A DNA stretch of 63,410 nt from contig JBJORQ010000003.1 in NCBI GenBank assembly GCA_046049345.1, forward strand, positions 1 through 63,410, read 5' to 3'. This DNA comes from Pseudomonadota bacterium. GTDB taxonomy: Bacteria; Pseudomonadota; Gammaproteobacteria; Burkholderiales; Gallionellaceae. Made by a program: the position numbers and the translations under genes. Below the pieces are notes generated by a model. The model had not been told where the DNA came from. It did no database searches and saw only the letters and a program-made list of their open reading frames with translations. Of this stretch, positions 11,448-20,494 are shown piece by piece. Positions within the stretch are counted from its first letter, which is position 1, and every line of letters begins with the position of its first letter.

Positions 11448-11553
11448 TAGCGGGTAGTCGTTAGCGGGTAGCCACAGCAAACCCGTTTCATCCGCCCAGT
11501 TTTAAGGGAACACTAAACTTGTAGGAGCCACCAGCTACGCGCTACCCGCCCTA
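11448..11553. repeat. Inverted 7-bp-period arrays (TAGnnnn)n ... (nnnnCTA)n
   Basis: TAGCGGG TAGTCGT TAGCGGG TAGCCAC from 11448; opposite-sense CAGCTA CGCGCTA CCCGC at about 11532-11550. Confidence 0.55.
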
Positions 11554-11823
11554 TTTCGCTGGTGCTACATAGCCTTGAATCGCATCGGTCGTACCGCCGA
11601 AAAAGTAGCTTTCCATTTGTGCGGCGAGATATTTGCGGGCGGCCAAATCAGCCAAGTTCAAACGGTTTTCATTGACCAACATGGTTTGATGTTTGATCCA
11701 ACCTTGCCAAGCTTCTTTAGAGACATTCTCAAAAATGCGCTGACCTAACGGGCCTGGATAAGGCAGGCGATCCAGACCTTCTGCTTCGCGACCCAACTTC
11801 ACACACTGTACGTTTCTTGCCAT
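11551..11823 (-). CDS. yggX: Fe(II)-trafficking/oxidative damage protection protein
   Basis: [13 protein letters not shown]...[18 protein letters not shown]...HQTMLVNE. Confidence 0.93.
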   Translation of the reverse strand: MARNVQCVKLGREAEGLDRLPYPGPLGQRIFENVSKEAWQGWIKHQTMLVNENRLNLADLAARKYLAAQMESYFFGGTTDAIQGYVAPAK

Positions 11824-11849
11824 GTTGCTTACTCCTCTAACGATTAAAA

Positions 11850-11894
11850 ATTATAGCCAGCGATTATGACATTGCGATGACGGTTTTGTGTCGT
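11850..11894 (-). promoter_or_regulatory. Pho-box-type promoter for yggX-ppk1
   Basis: Minus strand: CCGTCAT-cgca-ATGTCAT (each 6/7 to CTGTCAT, 11-bp period), 10-bp spacer, perfect TATAAT. Confidence 0.6.
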
Positions 11895-11945
11895 CATGCA
11901 AATTTTTTAGCGCGCCGCTGCCCTGTAGCTCAATGAAATCAAAGG

Positions 11946-11962
11946 TGCGACAAAATGCCGCA
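11946..11962 (+). promoter_or_regulatory. RegA/PrrA/RoxR-type binding site
   Basis: TGCGAC-AAAAT-GCCGCA fits the YGCGRC-N5-GYCGCR quasi-palindrome; 46 bp upstream of the TonB receptor start. Confidence 0.5.
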
Positions 11963-12007
11963 GGGCTACATTAAAAAACACTCATACAATTATTTTTTAA
12001 CGAGGAG

Positions 12008-14197
12008 ATGAGTATGAAATTAAAACGTATCACGGTCTGTTTAGCGTTGGTCTTTGCGCCATGCGTGGTTGCGGAAGAAATAACTTTGCCTGAAGTCACG
12101 GTGCGTGCAGATAAGCTAGAAAGCTTGCCCGCCAATACCAGCATAGATTTGCGCACTTTAACGCGCGCGCGTAGCCGCACCAATGACACCGCGAAATTGT
12201 TGGATGGGCAAGCAGGGGTTAGCTTGATGAGCGCCGGCGGGGTATCGAGTTTGCCTGTCATTCATGGTATGGCGGATGACCGTGTACGCGTCAAAGTGGA
12301 TGGTATGGATTTGATTTCGGCGTGTGCCAATCATATGAATTCGCCACTGTCGTATATTGACCCCGCAAATGTCGCGAACGTGAAAGTATTCGCGGGCATT
12401 ACACCTGTGAGCGTGGGCGGTGACAGCACCGCGGGCACGATACAAGTCGATTCTGCCGCGCCAGAATTTGCCCTTGTAGGGCAAGGTACTTTAGCGAAGG
12501 GACAAGCTGGCGTGTTTTATCGCAGCAACAATCAAGCGCAAGGTGCGAATGCATCCGCCACCATTGCCAATGAATCTTTGTCGCTGCGTTACACCGGTTC
12601 AACCGTCAAAGCGAGAAATTACACAGCAGGGGGCAATTTTAAAGCGGCGGGAGCCTCAGGCGTGCCCGGGGTGTATTTGGCAGGTAACGAAGTCGGTTCA
12701 TCGCAATATCAAGCTAACAACAACGCGCTCGCCTTGGCTTTGAAGCACGACAACCATTTATTTGAAGCCAAGTTCGGTCTGCAACATATTCCCTATCAGG
12801 GCTATCCGAATGTGCGCATGGATATGCTCAAAAACGACAGCCAACAAATCAATCTAAGCTATGCGGGACAATATGATTGGGGCGGCTTACAAGTGCGTGC
12901 CTATCAGGAACACACCCAGCATGAAATGAACTTTCTAGCGGCAAAAAAGCAAACGCCGTTAGGAATGCCGATGAGCACCGATGGCAAAAATACGGGCATG
13001 GTGATTAAAGGCGAGTTCATCGTTTCCGAACGCGACCTGCTGCGCACAGGCGTGGAATATCAACGCTATCGCATGAATGATTATTGGAATCCTGTGTCAA
13101 CTGTGCCAGGCATGATGTCGCCCAATGTATTTTGGAATATCAACAATGGTCAACGCGACCGCATCGACGTTTTTGCCGAAGTGGAATCGCGTTGGAATGC
13201 GCAATGGTTGTCACAATTAGGCTTGCGCAGCAGCACGCTGAAAATGGATGCGGGCAAGGTGCAAGGCTATAACACCATGGTAGGCATGATGGGCTACGGC
13301 AATCCAACTGTTGCAACCACCGTGCCAGGTGCATTCAATGCCGCCAACCGCGCGCAGACCGATAACAATCTCGACGCAACCGCGTTGGCGCGTTACACGC
13401 CTGATGAACAAAAATCGTTTGAGCTAGGTTTAGCACAAAAAACGCGCTCGCCTAATTTGTACGAACGCTACGCGTGGTCAACGAACAACTTCATGGTGAT
13501 GAGCATGAATTCCTTCGCGGGAGATGGTAATGGCTACGTCGGTAATCTCGCCCTCAAACCTGAAGTCGCACGCACCTTAAGTGGCTCGGCAAGTTGGCAT
13601 GAAAACAGCGACTATGAAATCAAAGTGTCGCCGTTTTACACGCATATTCAAGACTACATAGGCGTGCAATTGTGCGGTGCAATGTGCGGTCAACCCACTG
13701 CCCCTGGCGTGCCATTCTTTACCTCGTTGCGTTTTGTTAATCAGTCGGCACGCTTAGTCGGTACAGATATTTCCGCGCATGTTGCGATGGCCAATAATCT
13801 GAGCGCGGCGGCGGTAGTGAGTTATGTGCGCGGCAAAAACCTGAGCACGGGCGACAACCTTTACGAAGTCATGCCGCTCAATACCAAATTGAGCATTGAA
13901 CACAGTTTGGCGGGCTGGAATAACGGCGTGCAACTGGTGTTGGTCAGCGCAAAAAATAGTATCGAAAGTGTGCGTAAAGAACCCAAAACAGCGGGCTATG
14001 GACTGCTGAATTTGCATAGCAGTTATGAGTGGCAACAACTGCGTTTTGATTTAGGCGTGGATAACCTACTGAACAAGTTTTACAACGACCCACTGGGCGG
14101 CAAATACATCGCTCAACAACCGATGCACCTCTCGGCTGGCATGAGCGTGCCAGGCATGGGGCGTTCAATCAATGCGGGGCTGACAATGAAGTTCTAA
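12008..14197 (+). CDS. TonB-dependent receptor, OprC/NosA-like (probable copper uptake)
   Basis: Signal peptide, TonB-box-like LPEVTVRA, plug motif CANHM (CxxxM), HEM (HxM), Met-rich loops, C-terminal Phe. Confidence 0.8.
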   Translation: MSMKLKRITVCLALVFAPCVVAEEITLPEVTVRADKLESLPANTSIDLRTLTRARSRTNDTAKLLDGQAGVSLMSAGGVSSLPVIHGMADDRVRVKVDGMDLISACANHMNSPLSYIDPANVANVKVFAGITPVSVGGDSTAGTIQVDSAAPEFALVGQGTLAKGQAGVFYRSNNQAQGANASATIANESLSLRYTGSTVKARNYTAGGNFKAAGASGVPGVYLAGNEVGSSQYQANNNALALALKHDNHLFEAKFGLQHIPYQGYPNVRMDMLKNDSQQINLSYAGQYDWGGLQVRAYQEHTQHEMNFLAAKKQTPLGMPMSTDGKNTGMVIKGEFIVSERDLLRTGVEYQRYRMNDYWNPVSTVPGMMSPNVFWNINNGQRDRIDVFAEVESRWNAQWLSQLGLRSSTLKMDAGKVQGYNTMVGMMGYGNPTVATTVPGAFNAANRAQTDNNLDATALARYTPDEQKSFELGLAQKTRSPNLYERYAWSTNNFMVMSMNSFAGDGNGYVGNLALKPEVARTLSGSASWHENSDYEIKVSPFYTHIQDYIGVQLCGAMCGQPTAPGVPFFTSLRFVNQSARLVGTDISAHVAMANNLSAAAVVSYVRGKNLSTGDNLYEVMPLNTKLSIEHSLAGWNNGVQLVLVSAKNSIESVRKEPKTAGYGLLNLHSSYEWQQLRFDLGVDNLLNKFYNDPLGGKYIAQQPMHLSAGMSVPGMGRSINAGLTMKF

Positions 14198-14217
14198 TCC
14201 TGTCGCAATCACGACTT

Positions 14218-14248
14218 AAAAAACCGCTGCTCAGTCAGCGGTTTTTTT
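14218..14248 (+). terminator. Intrinsic terminator after the TonB receptor
   Basis: AAAAAACCGCTG-ctcagt-CAGCGGTTTTTTT. Confidence 0.85.
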
Positions 14249-14351
14249 ACGCATTCAACAATGCTCAGCGCGCACGAACGGGCTTTATTACAAAGGCGGT
14301 TTATGAGTAGGGTCGTTATACTGCTAACTTTTATTGACTGGGACATCTGCC

Positions 14352-15215
14352 ATGTTAAAAGCCTTGCTGCTACTGCTATTGCTCGTGAATACGGCACAGG
14401 CTGGAAGCGTGCCGAGCGCAAAAATACCGCCGCTGCATCTGGCTTTATCGACGGTGATGCTAGGTGAACAGCAAGAAATGTTAATGCGCTGGCAGCACTA
14501 TTTAGAAACGCATTTACAACGCCCCGTGGTGTTTGTGCAACGCCGCACTTATCGCGAAATGATTGATGGGTTGGCCAGCGGGGCGTTGGATGCGGGCTGG
14601 ATTTGTTCCGTCCCCCATCTGCGTTACCCCAACGCGCAACGCTTGTTGGCAGTGGGCGTGTGGCAAGGTCAGCCTTTGTATCAGTCTTATTTAATCGTAC
14701 CCAATAGCGACACAACGACACATTCTTTAGCGGATTTGCACGGCAAAAGTTTTGCTTATTCCGACCCTGAATCCAATTCGGGGCATTTGATTCCCGATAC
14801 TGACGTGCTGCATTTGGGCGGCGACCCTAAGACTTTTTTCAGCAAAACACTGTTCACCTATTCGCATCGTAAAAGTGTCATGGCGGTGGCGGATGGATTG
14901 GTACAAGGCGCGAATGTGGACAGCTATATCTACAGGCAATTGGCGCGTTTTCAGCCCGATTTAATTGCGCGCACGCGGCTGGTCAGTCAGTCTGCACCAT
15001 TTGGTTTTCCGCCTTTTGTCGCGAGTATCAAATTGCCCGACGCACAGCTACGTCAATTGCGCGCTGTGTTACTCGGCATGAATGGCGATGAAGAAGGTCG
15101 CGCGCTGTTGGGCTATATGGGTTTAGATCAGTTTATCGCGGGCGACGAACAATTATTTGATGGCGTGGCTGCCTTGATGAAAGAGGTAGAACAACATGAG
15201 AAAAATACTCGATAA
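14352..15215 (+). CDS. PhnD-family periplasmic oxyanion-binding protein, AioX/ArxX-like
   Basis: Signal peptide; QRRTY, LDAGWICS, PLYQSYLIV, FAYSDPESNSG, FTYSHRK, VDSY, FGFPP. Confidence 0.8.
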   Translation: MLKALLLLLLLVNTAQAGSVPSAKIPPLHLALSTVMLGEQQEMLMRWQHYLETHLQRPVVFVQRRTYREMIDGLASGALDAGWICSVPHLRYPNAQRLLAVGVWQGQPLYQSYLIVPNSDTTTHSLADLHGKSFAYSDPESNSGHLIPDTDVLHLGGDPKTFFSKTLFTYSHRKSVMAVADGLVQGANVDSYIYRQLARFQPDLIARTRLVSQSAPFGFPPFVASIKLPDAQLRQLRAVLLGMNGDEEGRALLGYMGLDQFIAGDEQLFDGVAALMKEVEQHEKNTR

Positions 15216-17637
15216 ATTAAGCATACGCAGCAAGCTTTTGCTGCTCTCCGCCGCGTTAATCGGCTCGGTAGGATTTGCCACGGCGAGCTATGTCATCAAT
15301 TTAGCCTATCAAACGGCTAATCGTGATTTGCGCCACGAAGCGCTTGCGCTGACCCAGCTCTATCAGGGCGTTTTGCTCGATCCCTTGCGCTTGGAAGATG
15401 AGTTTCATGTCTATGAACTCATCGCCGCGCCCTTCCAAAACAACGGGCTCGCAGGCAACGCGACCGAACATGATTTAAGCAGCATCGTGTTGTTGGATGA
15501 CACTGGTCGTGTATTAGCGACCTCGCACCCGCTGCGCTATCCCTTAAATACGCACTATCCAACCGCCGACCCTGCCCAGTTAAAAGCCTTAGCGTTTAAC
15601 GCGGTACAACAAATACAACAAGACGAGCAAAGCCTCGTGGTAATTCAGCCCGTGGGCGAGGGCGGTGTGAAATATGCCAACTTAATGCTGAGCTATTCTT
15701 TGGACGGGCTACACGCTGAAATGGCGAGCCAAATGCGTAAGGCAGGGCTGATGATCCTCGCCATCATGTTGTTGCTGATGCTATTCAAATGGTGGTTAGT
15801 CGATTGGATGACCGCTTCGCTGCTGGCGTTAAATCAACAGATGCACCAACTGGCGGTGCGCTATGGACTGAATATGACCAGTAGCACACGGGCGGGACGG
15901 GATGAAGTGGCACAACTACGCGTGATTTTTACTCAGCTCACCGCACGGCTAGGTGACTACATCGGCGAACTGGGCAAGCGCGATGAAGAGCAGCAAGTGT
16001 ATGTACAGACCTTGAGCCTGCTGCAAGATGCAGTGATTGAATGCAGCCCTGAAGGCGTGCTGTTACGCGCCTCAGATGCTTGGCAAATGCTCACAGGGAA
16101 TGCCGAACTGGCGGACTACCCCATCGCCAAATGTGTCCATCCAGAAGACTACATGTTGGTCTTAGAACAATTTAGTGCTTTGAAGCACGGTGAGAAACAA
16201 CAAATCAACATACGCTTTCGCTTGAGTAGCAATGTCAGCGGCAATAGCTACATTTGGGTGGAAGGTCGTTTCGCGCCCGTCAGTAAAAATGCCAGCGTCG
16301 TCGCCATACGCGGCGTGGTACGCGACATCTCCAGCACCTATTTGAAAGAGCGACAAATCAGCCACATGGCGTTGCACGACGCGCTCACCGACCTGCCTAA
16401 TCGGGTGCTGCTCGAAGACCGCATTGCCATGGCAATTCCGCGTGCCGAACGCAGCGGTATGCACGTTGCCTTGGGCTTTATCGACCTCGATCACTTCAAA
16501 CAAGTGAATGATAATTTTGGTCACAAAGTCGGCGATCGTTTGCTCAAGGAAGTGACGCAGCGGCTGCAAAGCGTTTTGCGTAATTCCGACACGCTGTGTC
16601 GCTGGGGCGGTGATGAGTTTGTGGTGCTGTGTCCCGACTTAAAGTCTTTGGAGGATGCGCGTGAAGTCAGCCAAAAACTGGCGCGACTCACCCACGAAAA
16701 TATCGACATTGACGGCATCAATTTCCCGTTTACCTTCAGTGGTGGATTCGCGGTATATCCCGACGATGCCAGCACCAGCGAAATGCTGTTATCGCAAGCC
16801 GATCGCGCCATGTTTTACGCCAAGGCGCAAGGGCGCAACAACATTCAGTTCTTTAATTCAATCGCCCGAAAAGAGCCGGGACGACAATCGTTTTATATCC
16901 AAAGTTGTCTGGCGGCGGCGATTAAACGTAAAGAAATTAAGGCCTGGTTACAGCCATTAATTTCGGCGCAAACGGGCGAGGTCATTGGCGCGGAAGTGTT
17001 GGCGCGCTGGCATGAATCCGAACAAGGCTGGATCCCACCTTCGGTATTTATTCCGATGGCGGAAAGCATGGGGCTGATCGACCAATTAGGGCAGTCGGTG
17101 TGGCAAGACTCGCTGAAGGCTTTTCCGCTGTTGCCCGCCAATCACAGGCTGTCGATTAACCTATCCAAGCGGCAATTATTTTCTAGCAACATCGTGCAAC
17201 AGTTCTGCGACGACCTAGCGCGTGCGCACATTAAGCCTAGCCAAATCATGTTGGAAATTACCGAAAGTGTGGCGTTGTCGGATGTTGATTTCGCGCGTGA
17301 ACGCATTGCCGAATTGGACGCGTTAGGCTTTGGCATCGCGGTGGATGATTTTGGTGTGGGCTATTCTTCGCTGGCACAACTGCACGAAATTCCTGCCAAT
17401 GAAATCAAGCTGGACATTGTCTTTGTGCAGCGCATTCATCTGAAAAATGGTCGTGCCATTGCCGATGCGATTATCTCCATCGCCAAATCGCTAGAAATGG
17501 AGTGCGTGGCAGAAGGCGTGGAAGATGCCGCAACCGCGCAATTGCTGACTGAAATGGGCGTAGACATTCTGCAAGGCTATTATTTCGCCGATGCCATGCC
17601 GATTGATGAGTATTTAATTTGGCTGGCGCAACGCTGA
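15196..17637 (+). CDS. Membrane sensor: periplasmic input, HAMP-like region, PAS, GGDEF, EAL
   Basis: Two TM segments; PAS (VHPED); HDALTDLPNR; I-site RNSD; intact GGDEF; EVLARW, LEITES, DDFGVGYSSL, AEGVE, QGY; overlaps the upstream binding-protein gene by 20 bp. Confidence 0.9.
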   Translation: MRKILDKLSIRSKLLLLSAALIGSVGFATASYVINLAYQTANRDLRHEALALTQLYQGVLLDPLRLEDEFHVYELIAAPFQNNGLAGNATEHDLSSIVLLDDTGRVLATSHPLRYPLNTHYPTADPAQLKALAFNAVQQIQQDEQSLVVIQPVGEGGVKYANLMLSYSLDGLHAEMASQMRKAGLMILAIMLLLMLFKWWLVDWMTASLLALNQQMHQLAVRYGLNMTSSTRAGRDEVAQLRVIFTQLTARLGDYIGELGKRDEEQQVYVQTLSLLQDAVIECSPEGVLLRASDAWQMLTGNAELADYPIAKCVHPEDYMLVLEQFSALKHGEKQQINIRFRLSSNVSGNSYIWVEGRFAPVSKNASVVAIRGVVRDISSTYLKERQISHMALHDALTDLPNRVLLEDRIAMAIPRAERSGMHVALGFIDLDHFKQVNDNFGHKVGDRLLKEVTQRLQSVLRNSDTLCRWGGDEFVVLCPDLKSLEDAREVSQKLARLTHENIDIDGINFPFTFSGGFAVYPDDASTSEMLLSQADRAMFYAKAQGRNNIQFFNSIARKEPGRQSFYIQSCLAAAIKRKEIKAWLQPLISAQTGEVIGAEVLARWHESEQGWIPPSVFIPMAESMGLIDQLGQSVWQDSLKAFPLLPANHRLSINLSKRQLFSSNIVQQFCDDLARAHIKPSQIMLEITESVALSDVDFARERIAELDALGFGIAVDDFGVGYSSLAQLHEIPANEIKLDIVFVQRIHLKNGRAIADAIISIAKSLEMECVAEGVEDAATAQLLTEMGVDILQGYYFADAMPIDEYLIWLAQR

Positions 17638-17638
17638 G

Positions 17639-19078
17639 TTAACGCCCTTTCAAGCGCGCTTTGTTGCCGCTGTCTAAGAGTTGATAAAACGGCGTGGCAG
17701 GCAACTGTTCGTCACGCATCTCTGGCGCAATACGCCGCAAAATATCGTCATACATCCGAATGTTCTCCACCAAAATCACCGCTTCTCCGCCGCGTGCATA
17801 GCCATGTTTAAGCTGCTGGTGATGTACGCTTTGGGTGAGTTTGGGCATCCATCGTTTTACATCCGCCCAACGATTTTCGTTCATGCCCATACGTTGAGTC
17901 AGCACCCGCGCATCCTCTAAGTGACCAAAGCCTTGGTTATAAGCCGCTAGTGCCATCCAAGTACGATCGGGTTCAGCCACGCGCGCGGGTAAACGATCAC
18001 GCAACCCCGCCAAATAACGCGCCCCCGCCAAAATACTGTCACGCGCATCCAAACGGTTCGCGACCTTGAGTTGATCGGCGGTCTCTTCCGTCAACATCAT
18101 CATGCCGCGCACATTGGTGTAAGAGGTGGCGAGCGGATTCCAGTGCGACTCTTGATAGGCCAGCGCGGCAATAAGCTGCCAATCTAGCCCCGTGCTATGC
18201 GCCGCTTCTGCAAAAAGCTTTTGATACAGCGGCAACTGGGTATCGATTTGTGCGATGAACGTCGCGGCATCAACAGGTGACAGGCGATCATTAAAACCGT
18301 AGTAGCGATCGAGCAAATTATTCAGCCTGCCATCCGCTTTAATCGCGGCAAAAAATTGCTCGGCTAAGCGGCGTAATTGCGCATCGCTATCGCTGGCAAA
18401 GCCCCAGGCTAATTGACTGGGGGCGATCAGCGCAAAATCGCTGGCGATGAGATTGTCGTCATAGTTTTTGGCTAAAGCGAACTGCTCTTGATTCGCCAGC
18501 GTCGCACTTAGACCATGGTTGGCAAGCGCATCTAATAAATCCTCCACACTGCCCGATCGTCGCGTTTGCCAGGTTAAATTAGGCTCACGCAGCTTGAGCT
18601 GCTGCAAAATTTTATGCTGCGCCGAACCCTCAATCACCACGATGGGCAGTGCCTTCAAATCGGCTAAAGCGTGAGGAACGACAGCCTCATTGCTCACCAA
18701 CACATGCTCTTGCACCATCATAAAACTCGGCGCAAAAATCAACCCTAGTGTGGCTTCATTACTGCGCAAACTGAATGCCGCCAAATGCGCGCGATGTTCG
18801 GTCAGCGCGCTCATCACATCGGCGGGGTCAACTTCAATCACCTTCAGTTTGAGATGTAAATACTGCGCAAACCACACGGCTAATTGATGGTTGAACTGGC
18901 TATCGCTATCTTGCTGCTGCGCCGCTTCTAACACGACTAATTCGCCGTGCCGCCAATCCGCCAAGGTGCTGGGCGCAGAGCCGTGACACGCGCAGAGCAC
19001 TAGGGCGAAAACGCAAGCGACCATGCGCTTCAAGCGTGATTTTAAGTTTGGCAGAGCAAGTTTACGCACGAGTCTCAT
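17639..19078 (-). CDS. mltF: Membrane-bound lytic murein transglycosylase F
   Basis: SBP domain plus SLT domain (AYQESHWNP, GMMMLT, AAYNQG, GYARGGEA); lipobox-like VLCAC; start at 19078 or 19024. Confidence 0.9.
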   Translation of the reverse strand: MRLVRKLALPNLKSRLKRMVACVFALVLCACHGSAPSTLADWRHGELVVLEAAQQQDSDSQFNHQLAVWFAQYLHLKLKVIEVDPADVMSALTEHRAHLAAFSLRSNEATLGLIFAPSFMMVQEHVLVSNEAVVPHALADLKALPIVVIEGSAQHKILQQLKLREPNLTWQTRRSGSVEDLLDALANHGLSATLANQEQFALAKNYDDNLIASDFALIAPSQLAWGFASDSDAQLRRLAEQFFAAIKADGRLNNLLDRYYGFNDRLSPVDAATFIAQIDTQLPLYQKLFAEAAHSTGLDWQLIAALAYQESHWNPLATSYTNVRGMMMLTEETADQLKVANRLDARDSILAGARYLAGLRDRLPARVAEPDRTWMALAAYNQGFGHLEDARVLTQRMGMNENRWADVKRWMPKLTQSVHHQQLKHGYARGGEAVILVENIRMYDDILRRIAPEMRDEQLPATPFYQLLDSGNKARLKGR

Positions 19079-19084
19079 CCTTGC

Positions 19085-19101
19085 TGGTAGAATGCGCGCC
19101 G
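19085..19101 (+). promoter_or_regulatory. Extended -10 with GC-rich discriminator for the tRNA
   Basis: TGG-TAGAAT-GCGCGCCG about 25 bp upstream of tRNA-Ser. Confidence 0.6.
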
Positions 19102-19118
19102 CTAATGATTTAGCGATC

Positions 19119-19206
19119 GGAGAGGTGGCAGAGTGGTCGAATGTACTTGACTCGAAATCAAGCATACCGAAAGGTATCGAGGGTTCGAATCCCTCCCTCT
19201 CCACCA
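19119..19206 (+). tRNA. tRNA-Ser(CGA)
   Basis: Acceptor stem GGAGAGG/CCTCTCC, anticodon arm CTTGA-CTCGAAA-TCAAG, long variable arm, GGTTCGAATCC, encoded CCA. Confidence 0.97.
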
Positions 19207-19225
19207 ATATAAGTTTCATCTTCAC

Positions 19226-19257
19226 ACCCGCATACTGCAAAGTTTGCGGGTTTTTTT
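19226..19257 (+). terminator. Intrinsic terminator after the tRNA
   Basis: ACCCGCA...TGCGGGT followed by a T run. Confidence 0.7.
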
Positions 19258-20494
19258 ATGAGGCAATCGCAAGGCTGTCTGGCTGAAACAGTTGTACGTT
19301 ATTACGACCATTTTGTTTCGCACGATACATAGCAAAGTCAGCGTTTTTGACCAGTGTCGCTTCATCTTCACCATGTTCTGGGTAGATCGCAATGCCTAGG
19401 CTAGAGCCAATTTGCAAGCTATGTGTGCCAATCACAAAGGGCTGCGCGAGCGCCAGTAAAATTTTATCCGCCACGGTACATGCATCCGCCACGCTGTCGA
19501 TTGCCGACAAAATCACCACAAACTCGTCGCCGCCCACCCGTGCCACCGTGTCAGATTCGCGAACGATGTCGAGCAAACGTTGCGCCACAGCTTGCAGCAA
19601 CAAGTCCCCCATGTCGTGACCGAGCGTGTCGTTAATCGGCTTGAACTGATCTAAGTCGAGATAAATCAACGCGCCTTGCTGAGCATGACGTTTAGCCTGT
19701 GACAACATGTGCGTGAGGCGATCGTTAAACATGGCGCGATTGTGCAAGCCGGTCAGAGTGTCGTGATGCGCCAAGTGTTTATATTGTTCTTCGAGGGCTT
19801 GAATCAAAACGCGTTGTTCGCGCTCTTCCAGCAAAATCGCGGCGATGCCGTCGAGCAACTGATTGCTATCGTTAATCAGTTGCTTAATCTCAACAGGGGT
19901 ATGTGCGGGGGCGACGAGACGGGTGCTTGAACCAGGAATAATGGCGTGCAGTTGCGCTGAGAATTTTTCCATTGGACGGGTGATATAACGCGAGATAGCC
20001 AACCAAATCACCAAGCTCGGCAATAGCAACAATGCCACCAAACCCACCGCCAACTCACCGGCATAACGATACGCGCGCGCTTTAATGATAGAGCTGTCCA
20101 CACGCGTTTCTAAATAACCAATAATTTCCTTGTCATCAAATGGCGAGTGCAACACATGGGTAATTTTTTCAGGGCAGTTTTGTGTATTGGTATATTTGCT
20201 ATTGCTAAACGACATGCCATCGTTGTTGTAGAGACTCGCTTGGCACACCGCCGTTTCACGCATCAAACCTTTGATCACATCCTGAGCCACTTCACCACTG
20301 CTGCTGTAGGCAGCGATGGCAGCCGAGTATTCCACCGTGTCCATCAGTTGGTTGATTTGCTGCTCGCTCTCGTGCAACTTATTTTGATACGTCACCAAAA
20401 ACATACTGAGCATGGTCACGCCACCGATTACCAGCGAACTCATCAGTACGATGAACAGCAGACGTGCGGGCAAAGTCTTAACGACTGTTCTCAT
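19256..20494 (-). CDS. Membrane-anchored diguanylate cyclase (periplasmic sensor, HAMP-like, GGDEF)
   Basis: Two TM helices, HDTLTGLHNR, DLDQFKPINDTLGH, I-site RESD, GGDEF. Confidence 0.9.
   Translation of the reverse strand: MRTVVKTLPARLLFIVLMSSLVIGGVTMLSMFLVTYQNKLHESEQQINQLMDTVEYSAAIAAYSSSGEVAQDVIKGLMRETAVCQASLYNNDGMSFSNSKYTNTQNCPEKITHVLHSPFDDKEIIGYLETRVDSSIIKARAYRYAGELAVGLVALLLLPSLVIWLAISRYITRPMEKFSAQLHAIIPGSSTRLVAPAHTPVEIKQLINDSNQLLDGIAAILLEEREQRVLIQALEEQYKHLAHHDTLTGLHNRAMFNDRLTHMLSQAKRHAQQGALIYLDLDQFKPINDTLGHDMGDLLLQAVAQRLLDIVRESDTVARVGGDEFVVILSAIDSVADACTVADKILLALAQPFVIGTHSLQIGSSLGIAIYPEHGEDEATLVKNADFAMYRAKQNGRNNVQLFQPDSLAIAS

Noticed and set aside
14250-14351. c-di-GMP riboswitch upstream of the AioX-like gene
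   Set aside because: No GEMM-type GGCAAA/GNRA/GGACGCAAA pattern recognisable
19079-19240. N-terminal extension of the 533-aa mltF ORF
   Set aside because: It is the antisense read-through of tRNA-Ser and its promoter; the signal peptide starts at 19078 or 19024
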